Shown here in pieces: positions 34,952 through 44,331 of a DNA stretch of 64,000 nucleotides. Position 1 is the stretch's first letter. Every line of letters starts with the position of its first letter. Source of the DNA: a virus. The position numbers and the translations under genes are program-made. Below the pieces are notes generated by a model. It was given only the letters and a program-made list of their open reading frames with translations. It made no database searches and was not told the DNA's origin. The DNA is taken from the IMG/VR virus record IMGVR_UViG_3300037155_000096, one strand, 5' to 3'.

Positions 34952-37537
34952 TTATTTTTTCAATACGTTATTCATTATCTCGGATTTGTATTTCATAATC
35001 GCACCCTCAAAACCCACGTCCATCATGTTCCTCAAATTCAGCCTGATGGCTTCTTTGATATTCGGTCTTGTGCCGGTCGGACAGAAGGAATCCAGCATCC
35101 CATCTTCGTTGTCGCTGAACTCTGTCAACATTCCAATTATCTCGGGTTCGTAGTTGACGCCGACTTCACCATAAGTTCTGTAATCGAACGCAGGCATGAA
35201 TACTCTTTCAACCCAGCTATAACAGCGTTCATCTTTTGCATACTTCTTGGGGGGATCAAGCGCCAGTTCCCTTATCATAAATGACAGGATCGGTTTGCGG
35301 TCCATGAATCCGAAAGCCAAGTCGTTATCGAGGGCAATCAGTTTACCACTGTCTTTAATTATTCCTACGTTGTCAGTGAACCTGTCCTGCTGATAGGACA
35401 TGAAGTCCGCTACTACCAGCCTTTTTATGTCATCGCCGGAGATCTTCTGGATTATCGCCATTGCTGCGTCCTGCCCCTTAGCCTTTGGCTTGGCCAAATC
35501 CTGACATACGATGAAGCTCGGTAAGAATTCAGCCATCTCAGCATCGAATATCTGGTTCTGTTTCTTTTCGTTTCTAACTTCCACGCCCTTGACATTTAAC
35601 TCCCCTCCGCTAAGCTTGATCTGCTTGACCATCGGAGTGCCTACGCCGACTCTATTAAAGAAATCAGCTGTGCTTTGACTTATCGGACCGGTTTCAGTCT
35701 GACTGTGATGTCTTATCTTAAAAAAGAAATCTGTTCCGCCTAATTCAGCTTTGAACGTTGTATTCGCCCCACCGTTGACAATCTTGATTTTCTCAAAGCT
35801 GCCGGCTCCATCGGTACAAACCAGTTCGGCTGCTTTTGCAAATTTTAATTGTTCATCCAGAGGAATATCCATCTTGACGCCCGCCTTCATAACATCCAGA
35901 GTCGCCGCTGTAACTATTTTATCAGCATCCACCGAACCATCTTTTACGGAGGAAATCAACCCGAGGAAATTCACCTTGAATTCTTTACCGTTGATATCTC
36001 CCTTAGCGTCCGCTTCTTCCTCCTTCTGCATCTGGTCTGTTAGGAACTGTGTGAACAAGTCCTCTGTTTTGAACGGAGAGACCTTGATGGCTTCATTTAA
36101 TATGCGCTGCACACTGTTTTCAGCCAGAGTGGGATTCATCTCCTTCAATTTGGCTGAATAAAGTATCTTCATAAATTTGATTTTCTGGATCGGCATTACT
36201 GTCGGCGTGACTCTCAAAGGCAGATTGTAATTCTTCAGGAAATCCGTAAGCTGTTTTACCGGATAAAGCAGTTCGACTGTCTTCGTAACCCACGTATTAT
36301 AGAGAGCAGGATTATCTGCGAGTAACTCAGTGAAGTATCTGGTCGCTGAACCTAACGGGATCTCAAGGAACGCCAGCCACCCATATCTGGACTGGTTGAA
36401 GGATGTTTCCTTCAGGTAGTTAATCATCTTGTCCTGGATAACTCTTGGGAACATCTTTCCCCAGTACAGAGCTATTGCATAAAACAAAACACCCCTATTT
36501 TTATCTCCCTTCAGACCTGAGAAATCGAATTTTTCAAACTTCTCCTGATGCGCTGCTATTACCTTCTCGGCATGAGCATTGTCGCTGACCAGATCCAAAG
36601 CTGTCATCTCTTTGTTTTTCTTGGACAATGCGAAATAAGTATTCTTATCCCCCTTGAAATACAGTGGTACGTCCTCTGCGCTCCATAACGAGTTAATCTG
36701 GTCTGCCAGTGTTTTGTCAGATATTCCCCGTGACATTACATTTTTACCTGGTGTCACCGGAACTTCATCTTTCGGATCCACTATGTCCAGAGCCGTATCG
36801 ATAACATCGCCGAAATATGGCTTGTAAACGTCCTTCCTTAGTTGCTCCCACTTGTCTTTGAACCCAGTATACCGGCTCGTACCCTGTGTGGATTCATCTG
36901 AGGCATTGTTAATCGCGAGGTAAGCTGACGAATTGGCAATATCGTAGAACGTGAACGTATTCGGATCTCCTATAAACCCCTTTTTCTTAGCTTTCAGTAC
37001 GAATAATCTGTGTTCGAAGCCAAATCTCCCCATTCTTCTATCCAAGCCGCCCACTGTCCGGAGCATTTGCTTGGTGGTCGTTATCCACGTGCCGTAACTC
37101 TTGCCTGAAACCCTCAACTGGACTCCATTCATCTCGATAACTTTGCCCCTGACATTGACGTTCTGGGTAAAACAATGAATTCCCGTTGCCAGGAATGCGT
37201 CCATGTACTTCTTGAAGACAGGACTCTTAATCTTTATATAATCATCATTTAGCAGGAATCCGAAGTCATACAACTTTAATACATTCAGGACTCGATTTGA
37301 ATTGGCTGATACGCCACCGTTTTTCTCCGCGAATTGCACTACGGCATTCGGGAATCTTTTCTTGAACTCCTCAAGGAGAGCATATTTCTCTTTGTTACCG
37401 GAAGCATCTTCCACCACTATGATTTTGTCGCAACTGTTGACATCCGCGCATGCCGCCAGCGTGTCCATGAATTCCTTAAATACTGCCGGTCTGCTCCACG
37501 TAATAATGCCTATAGCCCACTTCAACCCTCTATACAT
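34952..37537 (-). CDS. GT2 (GT-A) glycosyltransferase fused to PI3/4-kinase/HipA-like kinase domain
   Basis: N-terminal IGIITWSRP, IIVVEDAS, GGVSANSN, LLNDD. C-terminal GGANTT..FFFK, DRFTDN and ALDNDLAFG. Confidence 0.75.
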   Translation of the reverse strand: MYRGLKWAIGIITWSRPAVFKEFMDTLAACADVNSCDKIIVVEDASGNKEKYALLEEFKKRFPNAVVQFAEKNGGVSANSNRVLNVLKLYDFGFLLNDDYIKIKSPVFKKYMDAFLATGIHCFTQNVNVRGKVIEMNGVQLRVSGKSYGTWITTTKQMLRTVGGLDRRMGRFGFEHRLFVLKAKKKGFIGDPNTFTFYDIANSSAYLAINNASDESTQGTSRYTGFKDKWEQLRKDVYKPYFGDVIDTALDIVDPKDEVPVTPGKNVMSRGISDKTLADQINSLWSAEDVPLYFKGDKNTYFALSKKNKEMTALDLVSDNAHAEKVIAAHQEKFEKFDFSGLKGDKNRGVLFYAIALYWGKMFPRVIQDKMINYLKETSFNQSRYGWLAFLEIPLGSATRYFTELLADNPALYNTWVTKTVELLYPVKQLTDFLKNYNLPLRVTPTVMPIQKIKFMKILYSAKLKEMNPTLAENSVQRILNEAIKVSPFKTEDLFTQFLTDQMQKEEEADAKGDINGKEFKVNFLGLISSVKDGSVDADKIVTAATLDVMKAGVKMDIPLDEQLKFAKAAELVCTDGAGSFEKIKIVNGGANTTFKAELGGTDFFFKIRHHSQTETGPISQSTADFFNRVGVGTPMVKQIKLSGGELNVKGVEVRNEKKQNQIFDAEMAEFLPSFIVCQDLAKPKAKGQDAAMAIIQKISGDDIKRLVVADFMSYQQDRFTDNVGIIKDSGKLIALDNDLAFGFMDRKPILSFMIRELALDPPKKYAKDERCYSWVERVFMPAFDYRTYGEVGVNYEPEIIGMLTEFSDNEDGMLDSFCPTGTRPNIKEAIRLNLRNMMDVGFEGAIMKYKSEIMNNVLKK

Positions 37538-37582
37538 AGCCCAATCCCATCGTTAGTTCAAAAATCTGCCCATCGTTTCGGC

Positions 37583-38332
37583 CTAGCTATTGCCGGCTGC
37601 CTTCTGCAATACTTCTAATAATTTTCCGTTCAACTGCGCTGGATCTTCGTTGATCTGCATCTCATCAAAAAACTTGAATACTTTCTTGTCCACATCCATG
37701 AAAAACATCTTGCTCCCCTCGAAATCGAATATCATGTAGCCACGGCTATTCAGGGTTTCCCCGTTCTCTGAAAATATCCCATTCAGGATGCGACTTAAAT
37801 TCTCTATGGACTTATCTTCGCCAGCTTCTTCCCATGCCTTGTCAATTTGCTCTTCCGTGAAGCCGTTATCTTTTAATTCTCTCTTAATAGCCTTGGTTAC
37901 CGCCTCCCATTCAGTCTCATCAGTGAATCCGAAGAGGTCCTGTAACGATTCTTCTCCGTACTTCTCAGCCATTTCCTCATATAAGATTCGGAATTTGTCA
38001 GGATCTAATTCTCCCGACAGCATGTTAAGTTTCACTGTCAAGAATTTTTGTACGTCCTCTGACTTGAACTGAGCATCTGCCAGCACCACGCAGGGAAGTT
38101 CATGAAAACCCAGTTTCAGGGCGGCTTTATATCGGTGTGCTCCGCCTATAATCCTGAATTTCCCATTATCCAACGGTACGACCTGTATGGCTGCAATAAA
38201 TCCGGATGTCTGTATTTCTTTAAGTAATCTCTCGAATGCCTTGCCATCCATGGAATTCGGATTAAATTCGTTCTCCTCTATCTGTGTTATCGCTACAAAT
38301 CGTATATCGTGGTCAATCATATTATCCTGCAA
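37583..38332 (-). CDS. ParB/Srx-like N-terminal domain protein, paralog 2
   Basis: IEENEFNPNSM, AIQVVPL.NG.FRIIGGAHRYKA; likely true start ATG at 38320. Confidence 0.8.
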   Translation of the reverse strand: MQDNMIDHDIRFVAITQIEENEFNPNSMDGKAFERLLKEIQTSGFIAAIQVVPLDNGKFRIIGGAHRYKAALKLGFHELPCVVLADAQFKSEDVQKFLTVKLNMLSGELDPDKFRILYEEMAEKYGEESLQDLFGFTDETEWEAVTKAIKRELKDNGFTEEQIDKAWEEAGEDKSIENLSRILNGIFSENGETLNSRGYMIFDFEGSKMFFMDVDKKVFKFFDEMQINEDPAQLNGKLLEVLQKAAGNS

Positions 38333-38340
38333 TCAATTTC
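38328..38340. repeat. 13-bp intergenic motif, copy 3 of 3
   Basis: Reads GAAATTGATTGCA on the coding strand, 7 nt before the ATG at 38320. Confidence 0.6.
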
Positions 38341-38475
38341 GTCGTGTGAATAAATCTATTTGTCAGTATTATCATTGAGGCTTGCAGGTATCAGACCGGT
38401 AAGAACACCGGGAAGGGCTGGCTAAATCAAGAAGACGCAATCCACGGGAATATGCGTCTTTCGAATCTAAGTGCA

Positions 38476-39219
38476 TTACATAGCTTTATCAAGAATTTCA
38501 TCCATCTTGATGTCGGTAGTGTCAGCTATAGACTTTAACTTCTGTAAAGCTCCCCATATTTCATCATCTATGGAGAAGTATACGACCTTACCGCCACCAG
38601 TTCCGAATGCGAGGATCTTATTGAACTTCTCCCCTTTCTCTTTTTTATGGAATATGCTTTCCAATAATTTTGTCATATCATCAAGGGTTCTAAGTTCCTT
38701 CACTGTGTCCTCGAAGTTATCAAGTAACGGTGAACCTGGCGGTAGAAGCTCCTTCATGTTAATCAGTAATTCTTTCTTCATCTGATCCCATTCGTTTTTA
38801 TCGATAAGAGCCATCGAGTCCCGGATAACTTCGTCGGAATGCCGTTTGGCTAGGTCTTCATATAACGCACTGAATTTATCCCGAGTCATTTTACCATGGA
38901 TCAAATTTAATCGGGTTGTCAAAAGTTTCTGGTAGTCAAGATCCTGGAATTTTGGATCATCCAGTATAATCGCTGGTATTTTCTCAAAGCCTAATATTAA
39001 ACAGGCGTTGAACCTATGCGCTCCACCGAGTATTCGGTACCTGCCATTTTCCAAAGGAACTACCTGAATCGGATCCATCATTCCCATGGTTTCAATTTCT
39101 TCTGTTAACTTGTTAAACTTGGCATCACTCATCAAATTTGGATTCCATTCGTTCTCATCTATTAGATCTACGTCCAGCTGAATTATTTTAGTCATGCCGT
39201 CAATTATGTTCTCGCTCAT
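38476..39219 (-). CDS. ParB/Srx-like N-terminal domain protein, paralog 1
   Basis: IDENEWNPNLM, PIQVVPL.NG.YRILGGAHRFNA. Confidence 0.8.
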   Translation of the reverse strand: MSENIIDGMTKIIQLDVDLIDENEWNPNLMSDAKFNKLTEEIETMGMMDPIQVVPLENGRYRILGGAHRFNACLILGFEKIPAIILDDPKFQDLDYQKLLTTRLNLIHGKMTRDKFSALYEDLAKRHSDEVIRDSMALIDKNEWDQMKKELLINMKELLPPGSPLLDNFEDTVKELRTLDDMTKLLESIFHKKEKGEKFNKILAFGTGGGKVVYFSIDDEIWGALQKLKSIADTTDIKMDEILDKAM

Positions 39220-39650
39220 ATTCTTGTCCTATATTTTATAAAAATAAACTGTTTTGTTCTTACTTGGTGCTCGGGCAGATCATTATCTACGAATAGCGGC
39301 GTCGTTATAACCGGCTCTGATAACTTGATATCCAATATTCTTATCGATTGCCCTTCGAAGATTTCATTTAATTCTTCCAGTAATGCCTCGCATACTTCCC
39401 TTATGCAATGAAGGAAGCCGTCCTCACGATGCAAATCGAGCATAGACAGCATTCTGTCTGTTTCCAGCTTGACTCCCATTATTTTAGAGCGGTCTTCAGC
39501 GTGGCATAATCTGCCGAACTTAAACTCCTGGGTAAATTCCCATTCACATAGCCATTGCCATTTAACTTCCTTGCCATGTTCTTTCAGATAATGGAAGAAC
39601 GCATCTCTCAGGGCTATACTTTGCAGCATTTCAATCGGTTCTAATGACAT
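39216..39650 (-). CDS. Hypothetical protein in modification operon
   Basis: 144 aa, translationally coupled on both sides. Confidence 0.55.
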   Translation of the reverse strand: MSLEPIEMLQSIALRDAFFHYLKEHGKEVKWQWLCEWEFTQEFKFGRLCHAEDRSKIMGVKLETDRMLSMLDLHREDGFLHCIREVCEALLEELNEIFEGQSIRILDIKLSEPVITTPLFVDNDLPEHQVRTKQFIFIKYRTRI

Positions 39651-41029
39651 TGGACCTCCAATAATGGTACTTGCGTTACTATTTCTTCTATGTTCTCACC
39701 GCCGATTGTCAGATTAACAGCATCATCTAATTTATAGTCTCCCTTCAGTTTGAATTCTTCTGCCAGCACCGGCTCTATGAATTTTATATCATCCTTGGCA
39801 TCGAACGCCTCGTGTAACTTATCTGTTTCCACTACCGATATTTTGCCGCCCTTCGCTACCATAGTCATCTTTGGTAATTCTCCGTCCTCCGGACTTCCCT
39901 TGAAGAAATTTGTCCTTGCAAAAGTCGGTACCTTGGGGAACTTCATATTCTTTAACGCTTTGTCGATTCTCTCGTAAATCTCAACAAGCTGGGGACTAGT
40001 CGGAGTCGTTCTGGTAATCAGTTCATACTCCACAATGTCCCTGGCTGTTTCGATTACGTTCTTGTTAACTATCCACTCTTTCTCTTCCGGCGTCCCGAGT
40101 ATATCGACCAGATCTGCCGACTCTTCATGCGTGAACTTTGATTTCAGCTTAGCTGTATTTAACGTCTCGATAAAATCTTCCTCCTCGACATATGGCTGAA
40201 CTGGGGGGACTTCTTCAACGTGCGGATTGAACTTGAAGGTTTCCTTCTCCGTTAGGATCAACTTCGCCCGCATTTTTCTAAGGTCGAGCTGTTTATCCTC
40301 TCTTTCGTCCACCTTTTCTGAAACATCGATAACTGGTTCATCTAACACCGGATCTCCCAGTTTATAGTCTTTCAAAGCTTTCGACTTCACAAAGGTTTCA
40401 TCCGGTCTGTAATCTTTTTGGGCTGTGCAAGTGTGACATCTTCTGCATGCCAGCCATTTCTGAGTTCCTTCATCAAACTCCGGACTTTCGCACCAGACCG
40501 TTAGAGACTTGATATTCTCCGGCAGTCCTCTTAGACCTTCGTCCTTCTTACACTTCGACAGCGGGAATACTAATTTGGCATCTCTTTCTTCCTCACATTT
40601 CGAAAATGGTCTGCCAGCCTTGTACCACGCCTCTATCTCGTTCAAGTACGATATAGCATCATCATTCATAACATATCCGATTGCCAGCTCATCGTAGTCT
40701 CCCCTCATAAACTGAAGGGTGAATAACCACGTCGGTAACTGCCAGAATACCACTCCGGAACTCGGATGATGCTCCAAGGATGTCTTTGCCGCCGGACCGA
40801 CATAACGAAAATCCGGGAAAGCATTGAAAAATGGAAGCATCAGTTCGATTGCTGCAAGTTCCATTTTGGTTTTATCGGTATTGTTCATAATCTCCGCATA
40901 GCCCGCCGTTACCTCATAGCCATCCTGAAGGCTCTTATAAATCAGATACGTCGAATCCGCTCCGCCACTCCATAGTACAAATCTTTTACACTTCATCGTT
41001 TCCTCTCTTGAATAATTTGGTTTCCACAT
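39641..41029 (-). CDS. QueC-like PP-loop ATPase with Zn site and long acidic C-terminal extension
   Basis: LWSGGADST PP-loop; FPL...K.E; TVWC...CRRCHTC; likely start ATG 40996 (SD GAGG). Confidence 0.75.
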   Translation of the reverse strand: MWKPNYSREETMKCKRFVLWSGGADSTYLIYKSLQDGYEVTAGYAEIMNNTDKTKMELAAIELMLPFFNAFPDFRYVGPAAKTSLEHHPSSGVVFWQLPTWLFTLQFMRGDYDELAIGYVMNDDAISYLNEIEAWYKAGRPFSKCEEERDAKLVFPLSKCKKDEGLRGLPENIKSLTVWCESPEFDEGTQKWLACRRCHTCTAQKDYRPDETFVKSKALKDYKLGDPVLDEPVIDVSEKVDEREDKQLDLRKMRAKLILTEKETFKFNPHVEEVPPVQPYVEEEDFIETLNTAKLKSKFTHEESADLVDILGTPEEKEWIVNKNVIETARDIVEYELITRTTPTSPQLVEIYERIDKALKNMKFPKVPTFARTNFFKGSPEDGELPKMTMVAKGGKISVVETDKLHEAFDAKDDIKFIEPVLAEEFKLKGDYKLDDAVNLTIGGENIEEIVTQVPLLEVQCH

Positions 41030-42104
41030 CTTTCACAACTTCTAACAATCTGTTCCCCCAGGCATCCGGGTTGTACTGATCTTTTATGTATTTCTTAAAC
41101 GGTTCCATTTTCGCTTTAGCTTCATCGAAATTGTCGATGATCCATTTAATCATTGCGACTGCTTCATTCTCTGTCTTTACTATGAACGGATATCCGGGCA
41201 GTTTCTCATGAACATACTCAGCTTCCCAGAATACTCCCACCATGCCCGCATAAATCATTTCAAGGAACGTAACTCCGCCCGTATGGTAAGCGTAGAAGCA
41301 CAGGAAGATATGCCGGCTTTTTATCTCGCTATAATATTTTTCCCTCTCCGGCTTGTTGTTATACAGCAGGTACGGAAGGTTCTTGAAATCATCAGCTCCG
41401 TATTCGTCTACGATATTCAATACGCCCTTGAAGTTCACGCCCGATTCATACAACTTCTGCATAACGGGCAGCAGCCTATCAGGTCTTACTATAACCGGAT
41501 ACATATGAATCGTTGCCAACTGTATCGTGGGAAATTCTTCTGGGACTGCTTCAGCTTTGTCAATTTCGTCCAGATATATCGGCGCTGGGTGATGAACATA
41601 CCAGTCCTTGCCAAACTTAGCTGGCACTATACCTGCCTTGAGCAAATATTTCTTCTGATTAGCAACTGCCGCCTTACTTCCCATCAGAGTCGGAAATAAC
41701 ATCGAGGGTAACAGAGCCGAATACAATGCCGCCATGCCCGCTACTTCACCCGGACCACCATGTAATCTCAGCATGATCTTCGGAAATACGAAACCCTTCA
41801 CAAACGTATGGTTGTAAAACTCCAGACATGGGAACGGCGAATGGAAATAAAACAGTCTATCATTGTTGACATATTTTGCTAACTGGTTCCATCTCTCCGA
41901 CCATCCGCCTAATGCATAATCTTTCGTGGTGAACACCGTGTTGGTATATTCGACTCCTTCTACCTGCCAGTCCTCATAAGTGCCCGCTATTATCAGCTTA
42001 TACTTAGTCTTCAGGATGTTGGCTTCCAGCTGAGCAAATTTCGATATGCTTGTTACGAGCTGATCTTTCTGTTTGATCGGTACAAATATTATTTCCTTTA
42101 ACAT
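40986..42104 (-). CDS. GT-B (GT4-like) glycosyltransferase 3
   Basis: TGGVTFLEMIYAGMVGV resembles the GT4 ExxG..xLEAMxxG donor motif; paralogous C-terminus with 42814 and 44279 ORFs. Confidence 0.65.
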   Translation of the reverse strand: MLKEIIFVPIKQKDQLVTSISKFAQLEANILKTKYKLIIAGTYEDWQVEGVEYTNTVFTTKDYALGGWSERWNQLAKYVNNDRLFYFHSPFPCLEFYNHTFVKGFVFPKIMLRLHGGPGEVAGMAALYSALLPSMLFPTLMGSKAAVANQKKYLLKAGIVPAKFGKDWYVHHPAPIYLDEIDKAEAVPEEFPTIQLATIHMYPVIVRPDRLLPVMQKLYESGVNFKGVLNIVDEYGADDFKNLPYLLYNNKPEREKYYSEIKSRHIFLCFYAYHTGGVTFLEMIYAGMVGVFWEAEYVHEKLPGYPFIVKTENEAVAMIKWIIDNFDEAKAKMEPFKKYIKDQYNPDAWGNRLLEVVKDVETKLFKRGNDEV

Positions 42105-42829
42105 TTCTCCACCCTTGGTTTTATTATCTGATCTATTAAATCTTTTCTACTTGTTGCGCATCTTCTAACTTCCTTCAGCAAATAAAATGCTTCAGCATAT
42201 TCACATCCAGCTTCATAGCCTCTGTATCGAGCCTGAGTTTCTATACCGGTTTCATTTCTAACGATAAATCTTAGCTGTGAGGCATACGCATCCTTGAACA
42301 GACGCTTCTTCTCCTCGATAGTATCATGTATGTCCACATAATAGTTTGGAGTGAACGCTGTCTCAGCATTATGCCATCTTGAATTTGGTACTTCATAAAG
42401 CAGTATCTGACTTGGTTGCCAGATTCCCATTGGTCTTAATGCCGCAATACCGGCTCTATGCACGACCTGATGGTCCTGATGAAACGATGGCTCGGGGATA
42501 AGCACTATGTCGGGATGGAAGAACTCAATTACACCTTCCAGATCTTTAATGATGCCACTGATGGGAACTGTATCCAACTTCGAGTCGATGTAGTTCAACA
42601 GGACGGGTTTCTCGGTACAAAGCACTTTGCAGGAATTTATAAACTCAGTTCCTCTCGTCCCCCTTGTAACCAGACCGACACCGTTCATTTGAATATCAGA
42701 TAAAGCCACCAGGACACATAATACTTCGTGACCTTCATTCTTCATCCGAAGCAACATCCCGCCAGCTCCCAGCAATTCATCATCTGCATGAGGCGCTAAC
42801 AATAATATTTTCATTACGCCTCCGACCAT
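42098..42829 (-). CDS. PIG-L/LmbE family N-acetylhexosamine deacetylase
   Basis: LAPHADDELLGAGG and FHQDH metal motifs, LYEV, NYYVDI, AEAF; likely start ATG 42814. Confidence 0.9.
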   Translation of the reverse strand: MVGGVMKILLLAPHADDELLGAGGMLLRMKNEGHEVLCVLVALSDIQMNGVGLVTRGTRGTEFINSCKVLCTEKPVLLNYIDSKLDTVPISGIIKDLEGVIEFFHPDIVLIPEPSFHQDHQVVHRAGIAALRPMGIWQPSQILLYEVPNSRWHNAETAFTPNYYVDIHDTIEEKKRLFKDAYASQLRFIVRNETGIETQARYRGYEAGCEYAEAFYLLKEVRRCATSRKDLIDQIIKPRVEKC

Positions 42830-44331
42830 GATTCATAAAACGGATATGGGCTTTTCAGATCATCCCACAGATTGAATTTCCTAGTCAGAATTGCCGGCAC
42901 ATCATATTTTGTGAGCACTACTGGCTTCCCTAAGCGGTTGCGAGGCATATATAACTTCGTATTTACTTCGTCCCAGGAAACTCCTTCATGTCCCTCTACA
43001 AATTTCAGTGAGTCTACCAGCTTGGATTCATCGCAGAAGTGTTCGAACTGATCGTCCGACATTCTCAGGATTGTGTTCTCCCCTTCCGAGATGCCTCTTA
43101 TTAAAGACATGAACTCCGCGCCCTTGACATTAGCATTGTAATACTGGATTACAAATTCCCTGGCGTACTTGGCGTACTCTTCGTAATGCTGGAAAATATC
43201 CTCAATCATCTTGGCAGCTTCATCCATCGAATTGTAAATGAACTTCCATCCATGAGCGCCGAAGGTATCATTAACCCAAGTACAATTAGCCAATAACGGG
43301 ATGCATCCTACAGCCGCCGCTTCTATCGGAGCGGTCGGGGCTGATTCAACGCGGGAATTAAAAATAGCCACTGCAGTCTGGCTCATCTTCTTCAGATAAA
43401 CATCTCTCCTGCATTCGGCTGTGAAATCAAGGATATGAGGAACGCCACTCGGGAATACATCTTTCACTTCATATTCCGACTGGGTTGTTACGATAATCTT
43501 GTCCACCTTACGAAGCATATATAACTTTTCGTAAAGCTCGAAGACCGGTGCTGACTTTTTGAGTTCTCCTATTCGGTAGAAATGTCCGACGCTTCTGCCA
43601 CGGTCGGTGCTTAAAGGACCAACGATGCTATCGATATCTGAAATGCTTAGTCCGTTCTGCCTTACATAACATCTTTCGATCCATTTCCGGTATGTCGCTG
43701 GACTAAGGAACGGTCTTACCAACGTAGTGACATAATCCTTCATCTGCCCATTGGACAGGAAGACATGCCACGTACCCAGATTGACGGCTACAATGGATTC
43801 GGTTTTGATCAGATTCTTTCCCGCCCTGCCCCACTCTTCGACAACACCGGTATCATGTCTGGATATTCCGGGCATTGTTCTGATTGTACTGGAAAAAATC
43901 ATTGAAAGGTCTTGTGCGTACTGCGGACTCACCCCTATAACGGCATCTATCGGAAGCGATAGCTTGCCCTTTCCCTGAACGTCCCCGAACATGGCAACAT
44001 TCTGCTTGTTCCATACGGAGGTCACCAGATTATAGTCGAACGAACCGCCTTCGTCAGGGATAAGAATCCATGACCATCGTGAGCGCTTGTTATCGACATA
44101 TAATCCGGGTTTAATGTCATGGTCTTTCGGTTTGTACCCAAGTATCACGTAGAAATACGAGTCCTGATCAGCCTGATTCAAGCCTACAAGAACCGTCAGT
44201 AGTGACTGAGTTCCCCTTAACCATGCAACCTCTATTATTCCGGGCTTTGTCCCCGCTTCTTTGATAACCTTAATATCGTCATTGGCTTTCGCCAGCAGAA
44301 AGTTCACCAGATACCGCTGTGGTATTTTCAT
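42814..44331 (-). CDS. GT-B (GT4-like) glycosyltransferase 2
   Basis: FNSRVESAPTAPIEAAAVGCIPLL donor-binding motif. Confidence 0.7.
   Translation of the reverse strand: MKIPQRYLVNFLLAKANDDIKVIKEAGTKPGIIEVAWLRGTQSLLTVLVGLNQADQDSYFYVILGYKPKDHDIKPGLYVDNKRSRWSWILIPDEGGSFDYNLVTSVWNKQNVAMFGDVQGKGKLSLPIDAVIGVSPQYAQDLSMIFSSTIRTMPGISRHDTGVVEEWGRAGKNLIKTESIVAVNLGTWHVFLSNGQMKDYVTTLVRPFLSPATYRKWIERCYVRQNGLSISDIDSIVGPLSTDRGRSVGHFYRIGELKKSAPVFELYEKLYMLRKVDKIIVTTQSEYEVKDVFPSGVPHILDFTAECRRDVYLKKMSQTAVAIFNSRVESAPTAPIEAAAVGCIPLLANCTWVNDTFGAHGWKFIYNSMDEAAKMIEDIFQHYEEYAKYAREFVIQYYNANVKGAEFMSLIRGISEGENTILRMSDDQFEHFCDESKLVDSLKFVEGHEGVSWDEVNTKLYMPRNRLGKPVVLTKYDVPAILTRKFNLWDDLKSPYPFYESWSEA

Noticed and set aside
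39641-41029. A 7-deazaguanine (dPreQ0/dG+) DNA modification system
   Set aside because: No FolE, QueD, QueE or DpdA in the window and the QueC PxRN motif is missing; cannot be excluded for the rest of the genome.
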